A stretch of DNA of 63,988 nucleotides, the filler included, from Reticulomyxa filosa (taxonomy: Eukaryota; Protista; Foraminifera), in assembly GCA_000512085.1 (NCBI GenBank). It is 14 parts of 14 records of this genome, joined end to end, with 100 filler letters (N's around TTAATTAATTAA, not from the genome) between each part and the next. Parts side by side here need not be neighbours in the genome. Positions count along the whole stretch, not along the records: positions 43,794 to 55,905 come from ASPP01001489.1; positions 56,006 to 62,872 come from ASPP01012199.1; 12 more parts are not named here. One strand, given 5' to 3'. Position 1 is the stretch's first letter. Every line of letters starts with the position of its first letter. This document shows positions 48,801-61,275 of this stretch, one piece after another. The position numbers and the translations under genes are program-made. Under the pieces are notes generated by a model. It saw nothing but the letters and a program-made list of their open reading frames with translations, ran no database searches and had not been told where the DNA came from.

Positions 48801-51538
48801 CCATTCTTGTTTGCAAGTAGTCCGGAGATATCCCATCTGACATGCGTACAAACACATGGTATTGATAATGGACAAATGGATTTGGTGCAAAACGAACAGT
48901 GGAGAGTCTTTGGCTTTTAAAAGTGTTGCGTGCTTTGTCTGACAATAGCAATCATTCACTTTTGTGGTGCTGGGATATACAAACACTGAAAGAGTATCGT
49001 TCGATCCTTGCTCACTCTTTGGTTGATCAGAGTCAGGCGCTAATTCTTTGTTGGTCCTACTTTTGTCACAAGTATTACCAATATTGCTACTGTCTTTTGG
49101 AGTGCACTTTGTGCAATTTATACCAATTTTAGGATCTCTTGTTGTATAAATCGGGAGGCATATGTAATCATCAATTTTCCTCAATTTGATCTCGTGGGCT
49201 AACCATTGACACATTTCTTGGACTGTTTGTTAAAGAGTTAGTTTGTGACACGTGCCCGTTTCGAGCAAAAAAGAGGCAATGAAAAAAATAAAAAATAAAA
49301 AAATAAATAAAAATAAAGACCAGTTGTTTGATCAGAGGACAGCGCCACAATGGGCAATATTTCTAGCAAATGCATCCATATCTTCGATACAAGTGCAATA
49401 ATTTTGCGGATTCTCCCGTTCATTTTCACATTCAAACATTGCTGCAATGTAGTTAACAGATTTCTGTGAATGACATAAATAGTTTCTGTGTGCACCAAAA
49501 TTAAGTCCAACATTTGCAATAGATATGCAGTAAGGGTTAAACGTTCTTGCGTAAATTCATCGTGGGCGTTGTTATCACAATAACGAAGAAACCATTCCAA
49601 ATACACAGATAAATAGGGACAGATTATCGTTTCAAAAAAATGCATTGCCAATGAGTAATCCCCGTCAGGAATTAAATGCAAAATCTCTTCTACAAGATGA
49701 CGACGTGCCTCTCTTGCTTGTCGACATATCGATTGAATGTGAGCAGATCTGAAAATTGTGAGAACAAATAAAAAAAATCTTGTATCTTCTTATATCAAAA
49801 CATCGGTCCAAAGCAGCCAAATCAAAAAAATTTTTTAGGCAAGTAATAAGCTTGAGAGACAATTGATCAAAACTTTTGTTGGGTGCCGTGATCATGATTC
49901 GGACTGTCGTCTGCTTTTGTTAAGTGTAATACGAAAATGACAATATCCGATGCTTGTTGCCCAATTGTACAGCCCAATTTTTTCAGAATAAAACATAAAG
50001 TTTTTAATGCAGCAGTTTGGAATAAATAACTAGGATGTACTTTGTGTTCATATACATATGTAATTGAGATAAAAAAATGTGCTGAAGTTTTTTGTAACAC
50101 TCAATCACCCAAAAAAAATTTTTCTTTGAACTTGTTAGTGGCAAAATAATTGAAATGAGTTTTTTAGAATGTTGAGAGAGGGCTTGCATTGACAATTTGG
50201 GATTAATGGATGCCTTATTTTCATCATGAGTTTGAATATTTGTTTTGGTGGCCAACAGTAGGTCCATTAGTGAAAATGCGTGAGAATACAAATTTTCATG
50301 TTCTGTCATAATGTAGCTAATTAAGATTTCCAAACTTACACATTGCTTGTCAATTTCTTTCTGCAAACTAAACAACAAAGGTTTTTTTAAGAAGTTGGTG
50401 ATCACAAAAGTGCATGAAAAACTGCCAATCCATTTAAAAGAGACTTTAAGTACCATGAATGGCAATTGGATGATATGTCGTTTTTGTCAAGAGCATTTTC
50501 CATTTGTTTGGCAATTGTCAGCCAATTTTTTTTGGCGCGGCTGATCACATTTTATTCAAGACAAGCGTTTGAGTTATTACAAAAATGAAACAAAAATCGA
50601 CTGCGAAATGCAATCTACCTGAGAAGTTCACACGCTTGATTGAAGCAGCGTTTTTGAACGAGTACTTGGGCACACAAAGTGTCACACTCCGCAGACGCCA
50701 TCCAAACCTGTTTTAAAATATTCTCTTGCAGTAAAATGTTTTTTAGACAAAGAATAATCGAACATGCCAATGTTCTGGTACACATTCAACAGCAAAAGTT
50801 CGGTTTTGACATGCTGTGGACAAGTTCAAAAGTTCAATGTGAGAGCACGGATTTGGAATTTCTGTGACTGCATATCCGTAAACATCAATAACTCCAAAAT
50901 GATCAGCTGTCTAAGTATCAGTTTTTATTACAACTTCAAAAGAGACACTTAAAATATAAAATAAACACAACTGCTGGAAAAGGATTTTCTCTTTGACTAA
51001 GCATCGATCTGCCTACAGTGCCACCAACTGAAACCTTTCCAAAGAGTAAAACAGTCAATCAAAAATTTTCATTTTCTTTTCGACTTTCAAACAAATTTGT
51101 CAACTTTCAAGCAAGAGACTACACCAGATACGAAAATTTGAATACAGTCTGTATTAGAAGTGGCATTAGAACTATGACATTGTTGTGGCAATAGTTCCTA
51201 TACGCAAAAGTTTTATCATTCGTTTGTGCAGTTGTTTCCGGTTGGTCAAAAAACATTGAATGTCAACAAACCCAGTATGTATGAATTCCGAGATCTTTTC
51301 TTGCTCCATGCAATGACAATTTGTTTGAAGGATTTTGTTTGGTTTTAGAAGTTTTAGATGGAGTAAAAACAATTAAATATACAAGACTTGCCATTGGCAA
51401 ATCAAATTCAAACACCAATCTCCAATCTTCTAGAGTACCTGCTAAGCATATCCGATCTACAGTAATAGTGAATTTTTTTCGTTTTGTGTTTGGCAAAATT
51501 AATGTAAGCTTGAAGTACATTCTCACCCATTGTTTCAC
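45893..51538 (-). CDS. Large multi-exon alpha-helical (HEAT/ARM-like) protein with acidic C-terminal region; family and boundaries uncertain
   Basis: A chain of Leu-rich helical minus-strand ORFs from 50465 to 45893, separated by short AT-rich gaps. Confidence 0.45.
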
Positions 51539-51956
51539 CGATGATAAACCTTGTCAATTTAGTCGTTTCAGAGAGTTGCATTTTTAATAATATTAAAAAC
51601 TAAAACAACTGAAAAGATCAATTAAAGCTGAAACATTATCTGACGTCATATAAACAAGCAAACAGAACGACGCCATAGCAAATCCATGAAATTTCGAGAT
51701 GTTCGTCTGTCCTGTCTTCAAAAAAAAAATAATAATAATAAATCCATTACTGTCGTCACGATTATATAGATAAATGTTTAAGCAGCGAACATTGAAACTT
51801 TATTGTCAAATTTTCGATCCTTTCATTAGGTGATGCTTGTGTGATTTTAAGTTTTTGCTTCGTCTGTCGTACAAGACAAGCCTTGTAATTTTGTATCTCC
51901 TTCCCCACTTTTGGTTTCCAAATAGTTCTCATGCCACGATTTCGTGTGCTCGTCTA

Positions 51957-53254
51957 ATGAACAAGAATGTAGTGCTAATGAATTATCAACGTGTAGCAGC
52001 ATTGACAATGTATCAAACAAACATACGTAACTTTAACACATCAAATGGACGAAAAAGAAAAAATGACGCAAAAGACAGCAAACCAAAGAAAGAAAAATTA
52101 GCAACAAAATCGAAAGAGCAAGAGCAACAAGACACAGAAAGAGAGTTGAAAGATAGCGAAAATAAGAAAGAAAAGGAGAACGAAAACGAAAATGAAAAAG
52201 AAGAAGAAGCAAATGAAAAAAAGAAAGAAAAAGAGGATGAAAAAGCAGGTCTTTTCGCTTATTTGTTTGCAATGAAAATAAAATAAAGTATAATTTACAA
52301 AATACATGACATATACGCATTCCCGCGTATACATATGCATATGTATATGTATGCGTGTAATAGACAAAAGCCAACCGCTACCCCTGAAGGAATGGTTTTC
52401 GAAAGTTCAAGCAGATGCGAAAAAGTCAATTGAGTTCCGCAGTAAGACAGTAGAGCAAATAGGAAAAGACAAAGATCTCATAATAAATCGCCTAACCCAA
52501 TTTAAAAACGAATATAACTCGCTTGAAGCACAAAACGCATTTTCCAAAACAGATTCCATAAGTTTCAATGCCCGTTTCTATAACTTTCTCATGAGGGCGA
52601 GACTCAATTTCACATTAGCTGCCATTTCTTTTGGTGGATATTACGAGTTTATGTTGGGCGCATTCCAAGGCTTTAAATTTGTTTCGTTATTTTTATTTTG
52701 TTTTCATTATTATTTGCATTTGCATATTGTCACAATTTTTTGATTGGAGGTTATAACATCGATATAAAAAAGTTTTGTGAGCAATTGGAAGAAAACAATT
52801 TCGATGCATTGGAACAATGCGTGGTACCTGATGCCACTGTAGATTGGAAACAATTAAAACAGGCTTGTTCATGATTGGTTATATTATTTATATTCATATA
52901 TGTATATACACATATATATGCATATGTTGTGATTGGAATGTATATCAACAGTCGTTATTGGATGACGATCATTCATTTCATAAAATGACTGCCTTTGCTA
53001 TGTCAATTCAGTACGATGTCGATTTCTTAGACTTAAATCTGCTTTCAGAACTACCTCCTAGAAATGTGACTTTTGCCATTGACGTAGAATATTATCTGGA
53101 GTTGAAACCAAAACGATCCGACTCAGATTTCTTATATACGAAAGCTAGAGTGACCTGGATATCTCAGTGGAAGTGGTCCATGCAAGATGGCAAATGCGAC
53201 CTCAAGGACGGCTGGAAAATTAAACAAGTTGATTCTTTCATTTCAACCAAATGA
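51957..53254 (+). CDS. Putative mitochondrial MAIP1/Tim44-like domain protein, 4 exons
   Basis: Basic, acid-free N-terminus; EFMLGAFQGFKF|FCEQLEENNFDALEQCV; C-terminal GWKIKQVD. Introns 52249-52363, 52681-52772, 52863-52951. Confidence 0.5.
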
Positions 53255-53928
53255 TAAGTTCTTCAGATTTCATTCAACGTCTACATTCAATCCCTTCTCT
53301 GTAATACCATTGCCCCAAAGTCTATGTCAGTTTCTCTTTGAAAACTGATTTAAAAACAAAAACAAAGCAAAATCGTCATTATATGGCATTGGTTTTATTT
53401 CATCTTCAATAGACATGACACAATTTTTTATAATTACATCTTTTTGTCACAGGATCAGAAATCTTGACTGCACAATCTTATCTTTCAAAACTAAGTAAGT
53501 TCCTTTGCAATTAAAAAACTTTGAATGGAAAGAATCACAAAAAACATACACAATTAAAAATTTAAAAAATATCATTATCTTTTTCGTCTCAAATGATGAG
53601 TGACAAATTTTAGGTTTGATAATATTTCTCACAATCAACAACTTTTTTCTTTATTTAAGATTTTATAAATTGTTTCTTTTATTTTGCGCTATATTTAACC
53701 AATTACTTGTCCTCTAACAAGCAGTGGAAGAGAAAGTATTTCAGATCCTCAGGACGTGATTGCACAGTAAGAATTTTTTCACAATTTCAAACAAGAAAGT
53801 TTTCAAAAAGGCATCGAAATGCATTTAGAAAGCTACACTGCAACACGAAATTTGTCTTTTTGAACTGAAGAAATCTATTAAAACATAATTTAATTTATTT
53901 TGTAATTTTAAAAAAAGAATTACACTTT

Positions 53929-54152
53929 TGTAGGGCAAGCCCTTATCATACATGGCTGAATGCCTATGGAACCGATGAGCTCACTTTGGGTTAGAACTTC
54001 CTCAACAACAACTTCTTACTTGTTTTATTTTCTTTCACTTTTCCTTTTAGTATTCTTTATTATTCTTTTTTAATTTACTTTCTTTTACTGAAGTTGTTCT
54101 TTTGGAACTAAGTTACTTTCGTATTACACTTAGTCTTCTCACAAATCCCACA
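53929..54152. mobile_element. Solo-LTR-like element (TG...CA) with 4-bp TSD CTTT
   Basis: TGTAGGGCAAGCCCTTAT...TGGGTTAGA...ACTTTCGTATTACACTTAGT...TCCCACA. CTTT flanks it at 53925-28 and 54153-56. Confidence 0.8.
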
Positions 54153-54836
54153 CTTTTTTAAAATTGTTCAGTGTCCTACAGTTCTTTCATCTTTTTACTT
54201 CAGGTGACAATCAAACGAGTAAAAATTAAAAAAGCGGGTAGTAAGACATTTCAACATAGAGATAAGATAAATATAAAAGGGCAAGGTTTGTAACTTGACT
54301 GCTAATTTCCGCACTTGTTGAACTGCATTTATAAAATCTATTTTAAAAAAACAAACTTTTTTTCGCACAATGAAGAAAAAAGGAGGAAAAAAGTGCACAC
54401 AAATCAGACTAATAAGATTCAAAATTGAAGAACCGTCAAAAAAAAAGATTAGATATAGAATAAAACATATCGAAAACTATGAAATTACAACAAGTTGAAA
54501 AAAAGACACTTTCACTTTGGACGAAGTTTAAAAAAAAAACTATTGTCGCAAAAAAAAAAACTAAAAAAATGTATTATTATTATTTTATTTCGAAAGTGTC
54601 AGAAAAAGAAATATTTTAGTTTTGTTTTGTGCTTTTTTTAATATTGCTTAATTAATTTACTAGATTGTATTGTTTACAATTATGATTAGTTTCGACTGTT
54701 GATGAATAGTAATTTTTTAAAAAAAATAAGTTGAAATTGAATAAAATATCTTTTTTTTTTGGAATATGTGAGACTGAACAATAAGTTAAATTGTAAAACT
54801 TTTTTTGGAACATTCCCACACATATATAAAAAAGTA

Positions 54837-55905
54837 ATGTCGTATATTACTTGTCCAATTTGCACAGAACTAGTTCCTTTGAAGGTGATAAATATTCATT
54901 TAGATTTGGCTTGTGATAAAAAGAAACTACAAAGTGTCAAAACTACTTCAAGTATATTATCAAATGGACAGAAACAAACTGTAAATAGCTTAGTCAACAA
55001 CAATGAAGAAAATAAGAAGCAAATGAAACCACTTCATACATATGTCCAAACATCAATATCCTCTTTTTTCAAATATCAAAGCACTTGCAATAACAGGAAG
55101 CGCAAGTTCCAGGAAGATGATCATCAGACTGTATACAACCGAATAAAAAAGCTCGAAGATTATCTATCGAAAAGGAAAGTATAAATCCATTAGTTACAAA
55201 TGAAATCAAGATTTCACTTGATAATATGGAATTTTTTGAAGAAATAGATCAAACAAAGTATATTAATATTTTACAAATTAAAGATTGGAATGATGGTATT
55301 TTTTTTTTTTTTTTTTTTTATTTTTCCATTATTTTTGCTTAGTTAATAATATTTTGCACTTGTGATGAAAATAGTGCAATATTTCTATTTTGATATCAAA
55401 GTATTCGGTCATACATTTGCACTGCAGCATGAAATAGAAGAAGATTGTAAAAATGATTCAATGAATGACAAAAAAAAGAGCAAAATTAAGCTCATTCGAG
55501 AGCCTAACAACAGTAAAGACAAAAATGCATGTAAATTAAGATTATGTAATCAAGAATATTGTAGAGATATTGGATATTTGTCCAAAGGAGTGGTAGAGCA
55601 TTTATCGCCTCTAATTGATCAACACATTATTTTAAGTACGCAAGTATTTCTAATACCTGGAATTTATGAAACAAAAGAAACCCAACTTACGCTTGGGAGC
55701 ATCAATCAGGTTCGAATATGCGCTCAGATCACCACAGATTTTGTCAACATGATGCAACAACGTTGTTGCGATTGGGCTTTCAATCATTTATTAACATTGC
55801 AGGCAATGATACGTACTAACACTATTACTTCTCTAAGTAATACAGGTATGCTTAAAAAAAAAAAAATTGTGCAAAACGAATAATCTGTCTACATATACAT
55901 GGGAT
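54837..55905 (+). CDS. UBZ4 zinc finger plus HIRAN domain protein (FAN1-like N-terminus); 3' truncated
   Basis: ITCPICTELVPLKVINIHLDLAC; LIREPNNSKDKNAC...DIGYLSKGVVEHLSPLID. Confidence 0.65.
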
Positions 55906-56005
55906 NNNNNNNNNNNNNNNNNNNNNNNNNNNNNNNNNNNNNNNNNNNNTTAATTAATTAANNNNNNNNNNNNNNNNNNNNNNNNNNNNNNNNNNNNNNN
56001 NNNNN

Positions 56006-56042
<37 letters not shown>

Positions 56043-59000
56043 TTTGTGTCATGGAGTTTGGTAAATTTACTTTTCAAATTTGATTTGAAAAGTGAATTTA
56101 CCAAACTTCTTCTATTTGAAACGGTTTACTATCAACCAATATTTTTTGAACTTGCCCTGGTTGATATTGTGCCAATGCCATTACGTCTTTGACGCCGTTG
56201 TTTACTAAAATGGAAGCGATTCGCCTTGTCATGATATCGCCAAGCTGAAAGAATTGTTTCAATTTGCGCTCATTGTTTGCCACACCAAACTTGACTCTTT
56301 TTTAATGTTTGTGTGTTTGGTTTTGTCAAATCCATTTCAACTTGCATTTTTGTAAACACAACAATGTACCTGTCCACACAGTCCAAAATTAAGAGATGCA
56401 AAGGGAACCAGTCCAATTTTTCACAAAATACCGAAACCATGCCTCCAAATGTGGCGACAGTTTTTTGTAAATACTGAACAATGCCCCTTTCTACTTGAAA
56501 ATCAGAGGCAATAGCTGCAACGGGCTTTTCGAGGATCAAGTCACATAAAATCAATGCGGAAAACAAGCGATCAGCAATTTGAACAAGGTCATCATGGATT
56601 AGACCCCTCTTTGAAGCTGTTAGGACATCGCTTTGTAATAATTGATAGGCTTTTTCCTTGCTCGACAAGCCCAAAGGAACTAATTTTGATTTTTCTTTTG
56701 TTTGTGATGTTTTATCCGTATTTTTTTCTTCATCTCCGATTTTCATTTCGGGTGGACAAGCACTCTTCATATAGCGTTGACGAATTTTTGATTCAATCTT
56801 TTGCATATCTGGTTTATTGCGTTCAATCGTTACCCAAAAAGCCTCGCTCAAACCCAGTAATTCAATTGCATTCCTTCGAGCCTCATTAATATTAACCATT
56901 TTTCGTAACAAAACCGACCAATTTGGAATAACGCCAGTTGGAACTGGAGTTATCTGTTCATACGCAAACTTTTGAAAGAGCTCAAGACAAAAAGTGTTAT
57001 ATGTGATTTGATTGTTGTTATTGCAAACAACAAGCCACATGTGTCATATTTGCTAACTTGAAAGATGATGGAAAGGTCATCTCCGATCACAATTTTTTCA
57101 TTGGCAAGAGACAAGTCTCTGTACACTTGCAATGCGATCCAAGGGTCTAACGAACTGTGGAACGATGCCAAGCCTAATCTTGTTGCCTGTATGTTCCATT
57201 AAACATATATTACTAAAAAAAAAATTTGAGAATGATCATATGATATTTTGTATCACTTCTTTTTTCTCTTTCTCTCAGAGAAGAAAAAAATATATACAAA
57301 CATGCCACGTTTTGGTCTTCTTTTCCCATTTAATAAATTTATGGCATTGTAGGAATTTTATTGCACACGAAGCAGCTTCATTGACAGTTTTCCTCTAATT
57401 TGTACACAAACAAGCCAGGAAATGCTTTGATAAAGTTTGAAGCGACAACGACAATGGTGATGGCAATACAACAACGAAAGGAAACTGTTGTCTGCGCAGA
57501 CAATAACGTGCATTGAACAAATTTATCGATATCCTCCACTTGTCCAATTCCGCTGGAAATTGCTTCGTTCATAATTCTTGTCAGTCCAACAATGTCCTAT
57601 ATCCAATACAATTAACTTCGTATCATTGGTGGTAACTTGCAATAAACAAGACAAACAGTCCCAACTGCAGATAAACAAGATTGCAAAGGGGGAAGAGGAT
57701 CATTGATTAAGTGGAGTGCATATTCTCTTTCTTTTTCCGTTGCAATGATGAATGATTCACCGAGCGTATCTTTGCCTGCTCTTCCTGCACGCCCTGCCAT
57801 TTGTTTGTAATTTGCAATATCAATTTGTTCGGCTCCAATCATTAGATTACGAAAGATTACTCGACGAGCAGGCAAATTGACGCCTTTTATTATTTATGTT
57901 TGCTCACGTTGCAACATAGGTATGTGTCACGTATACAGACAAAGGTGCATTAAAAAAAAATTTATTTTGCCTGCAGCAAGGGTAGACGTGGCTGTCAACA
58001 CACACAATACTCCATCACGGAAGGCATTTTCAATCAAACTCCTTTCGTCAATTGTCAATCCGCCGTGATGGAAAGCGATTCCATGGGGAATTGTTTTACT
58101 CAAAGTGGAATCCAATCCAAACTGCGTTTTTGCTAACTCTTTGCACAACATGTCCCTTTTGTTTAGCAAGGATGCATTGTATGCAATAGTCGGATTAAAC
58201 GGGCATGCTTTCGGTAGCACATTTGACAAATGCAACGCAACAGTCTCACATAAACGCTTACTGCTGCAAAATACCAAACAAGAGTGCTTCTTTTGAACTA
58301 CTTCTGCAGTCAAAACGGACAAGTGATACTTGTCTTCCGCTTCTGTCATGTTATTGCGCAATTTTATTTTTCGACAAACTGTCCCGTTTTTCGTGTAAAT
58401 TGTGCTCCCAATCGTGACAAATTCATTCAATTTAACAGGACGAAAGGTTGTTATAAATTTTGTGGCGTTCAGCCATTTGCAAATTATATCCAAATTGGGC
58501 AATGTTGCACTCAAGCCCACTATCTGTTCTCATTTTTTCAAATTTCCCCCCCTCTCAAAAAGTCAATTTAAAAAAATAATAACTACATTTTTTTTTTTTG
58601 AATAAAAAAAAACCTGCACTTTGTTGCAAATATCGTCCTGCATATTCATTGGCTCAGTTAAATAGACTTGAGGTACATTTGCCGTTGGATTGGGTCGCCG
58701 ATAAAAATGTACGATTTAGAACAACAAAACAAATAAACATAAAAAGATCATTTTGAATGTATAATTTGTTTGAAAAATAACTGTCATTCTGCAACATCAA
58801 TTCGTGTTTATCTTGAACAAATCGAACTTTTGTTAGCAATAACTCCAAAATATATCCTCGATTTGAGTTACCAATCATATGCATTTCATCCAAAACAATT
58901 ACTCCAATTGTTTTTAGCAATTCGCCTGCACTGACCAATTTGTTAATTATGCTGTTTGCCTTTTTCCCCCCCCCCAAAAAAATCTTTTCCTGAAGGTTCC

Positions 59001-60452
59001 GGGAACATTTTTTTTTTGAATGAAAACAAAAAGTGACAAAACTTTTTCCATAGTGCAAACTGCAATATCACAGTTTCTATCAAGAGAGCTAACTTTGTCA
59101 TTATAGAAACCTTTGACTTTAATGCGTTGCTTGGAGTACACACGCTTGAAATATTTTTCTTTTTCACAGACAATACTTACAAACGGCAAAACAAAAAGTG
59201 CTTTTTTTTTGTTCTCAGCACATTTCGGAGCATGATAATTTCCGCAACCAATGTTTTTCCTCCTCCTGTCGGCGCGCTATATACTAAGTTGCCTCCATTC
59301 AATACACCTCTATGATTCAAACACTCTACTTGCCAGTCATATAAGTGACTTATTCCTTCCTTTGCATAACCTTGTACCAATGCATCTGGCAATCCCCAAT
59401 GTTGCAGTTCATTGGGTTTGCTATCCTTGTGGTAAATGGGCTCAACAATATATTTTGATGGAATAGTATCTAAAAGAGCTGTTTCATCTATTTTTCTTTT
59501 TTAAGGCCAAAAAAAATATTTTGGAATTGCAAGGAGGAGTTTGGTACAAAAAGATTTCAAACTGTTCTGGCAATGTTCCTTGAAGATTACTTCCAGAACA
59601 GCTGGCAATAACTGGTGCCGTTGGTTCTATTTCCATTTGATGTACAGTAGCATTGTCGTTTGTAGGCAAGATAGTCTCTTCCACGTGACTGTGAACGTCT
59701 TTGGCAACTATTGTTTCATTATAGGTTATTTCGTCTAGAGAAGGTGACCATTCTTGCAAAATGGTTTCAATAGGAGTGTTCTTGATTGGCTCCTGACAAT
59801 TTGATTCATTGCCGATAGAATTTGGATTTTTGAGCGAATCCAAACCATTGTTGTTTGTTTCATCTTTTTTCGTTTTATCATTTGTTTCATCTTTTTTTGT
59901 TTCACCATTCATTTCATCATTCGTTGTTTCAGGTGTTTTTTCAGGGATCTGTTCCTCTTTGTTTGGGGTTGCAACCCGATTCTCGTGATTTATCTCAATT
60001 GACGGTTCAGAAAGCACAACGCTAACTCTGCATGGCGGTTCATTTTGCTGATTTGAGACATATTCCATACTTTCCACATCATCTCTTGGTTGTGTGAGTG
60101 AAGTGAATCTGTTTGTTCTGAAGCCGTTCTCTTTCTTGCGAATTGCGGGAATTATTGCTGATGTGCCTTTTTATTTTGTATTAATCAATTTTTTTTGTAT
60201 TTGACTTTTGGCAAAATCAAATTATTTTCTCCCCTCTTCTTTAGTTATGATGAAGGCCTGTTCCATATTTTTTTGTTAACAATGTTTGGAACCTGTTAGA
60301 GGTGCCGTAGGAAAGCCATTCAAAAAACGAGGTATTTTGAAGCCGCTTGTTGATAATTTTGCCCCTACTGTCTTCGTTAAACCACATGACGGACCATTAT
60401 TTTGGTTTTCTAGGAGAGTGCTTAGATTATTTCGATTTGATATGGTGTTCAT
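56006..60452 (-). CDS. POLQ/HELQ-family SF2 helicase, multi-exon; 3' truncated, so the polymerase domain cannot be assessed
   Basis: LYDWQVECL, SAPTGGGKTLVAEI, DEMHMIG, GLSATLPN, AFHHGGL, TSTLAAG|VNLPARRV, QMAGRAGRAG. One homopolymer frameshift near 59202-59210. Confidence 0.9.
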
Positions 60453-61275
60453 TCGAGCAACAAGCAAACAAAGCTTTTAAAAAATTTTGTGAGTAGACAG
60501 GAACTTCTTTGTTGTGTTACAGTTTTTAATTTTGAAAAATGAGTAATATTGGTATTTGTTAATTATGTAAAAACGAACAAGTATTGTCATAAATTTTCTA
60601 AACAATAATAAATTTTTGATTTTGGGAAAACGATCAGAACATCAGAACAGCATTTAAATCTTCAAAAACGTTCAACAAGTAATAACTTTTAAATAAAAAT
60701 TAAAGCAATATGTAAAGGCACGTTTGTTGAATTGAAAGCAAACACAGCAAATTTTTAAAAAAATTTATATAAATGGTACCTTATAAAGCTAATCAACTTT
60801 CCGTGAAAAACCAGTTTATTTCAATTTTTAAAGCACACCTACACGTATTGTATTCTACGGATATAGTTTTCTTTTTTGTTTTGTGCTCAAAGACATTACA
60901 AAAATTAAAAATTTGACAAAATTTTATTTAATTGGTGGCTACTTACATACAATTTTTTTTGTGTAATATTTTTGATTTTACTTGCAAAGTAAACAAAATA
61001 ATTTGAAACGTTTTAAAAATGTCACATATGCGTGAGGTATGTGTGAATATCCACCATACATTTCAAATTTTTGTTGTCGAAAAATTTACAATGAAAGTAA
61101 GATTATAACTGTTATAGATAAAAATTAAATAGTTTTTTTTGATTTATTTGCTTGAAATAGGTCGCCGAGTGGTATCAAAATATTCATTTGCTGTACTAGG
61201 GGACGTAGAATTTCTTTTTGATTTTTGCTCTGAAAAGATTATTGGCACGTTTGTTAATATCCAGCAAATATATCC

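Noticed and set aside
49867-50100. ATR-like UME domain, making the large helical gene a PIKK
   Set aside because: Only a weak resemblance, and no FAT, kinase or FATC motifs are seen downstream.
59190-59215. Programmed frameshift or pseudogenisation of the helicase
   Set aside because: A single indel in a 9-nt homopolymer within an otherwise conserved gene is most simply a sequencing error.
54837-60452. FAN1-like and POLQ/HELQ as a DNA-repair gene cluster
   Set aside because: They are separated by the linker at 55906-56005, so the adjacency is artificial.
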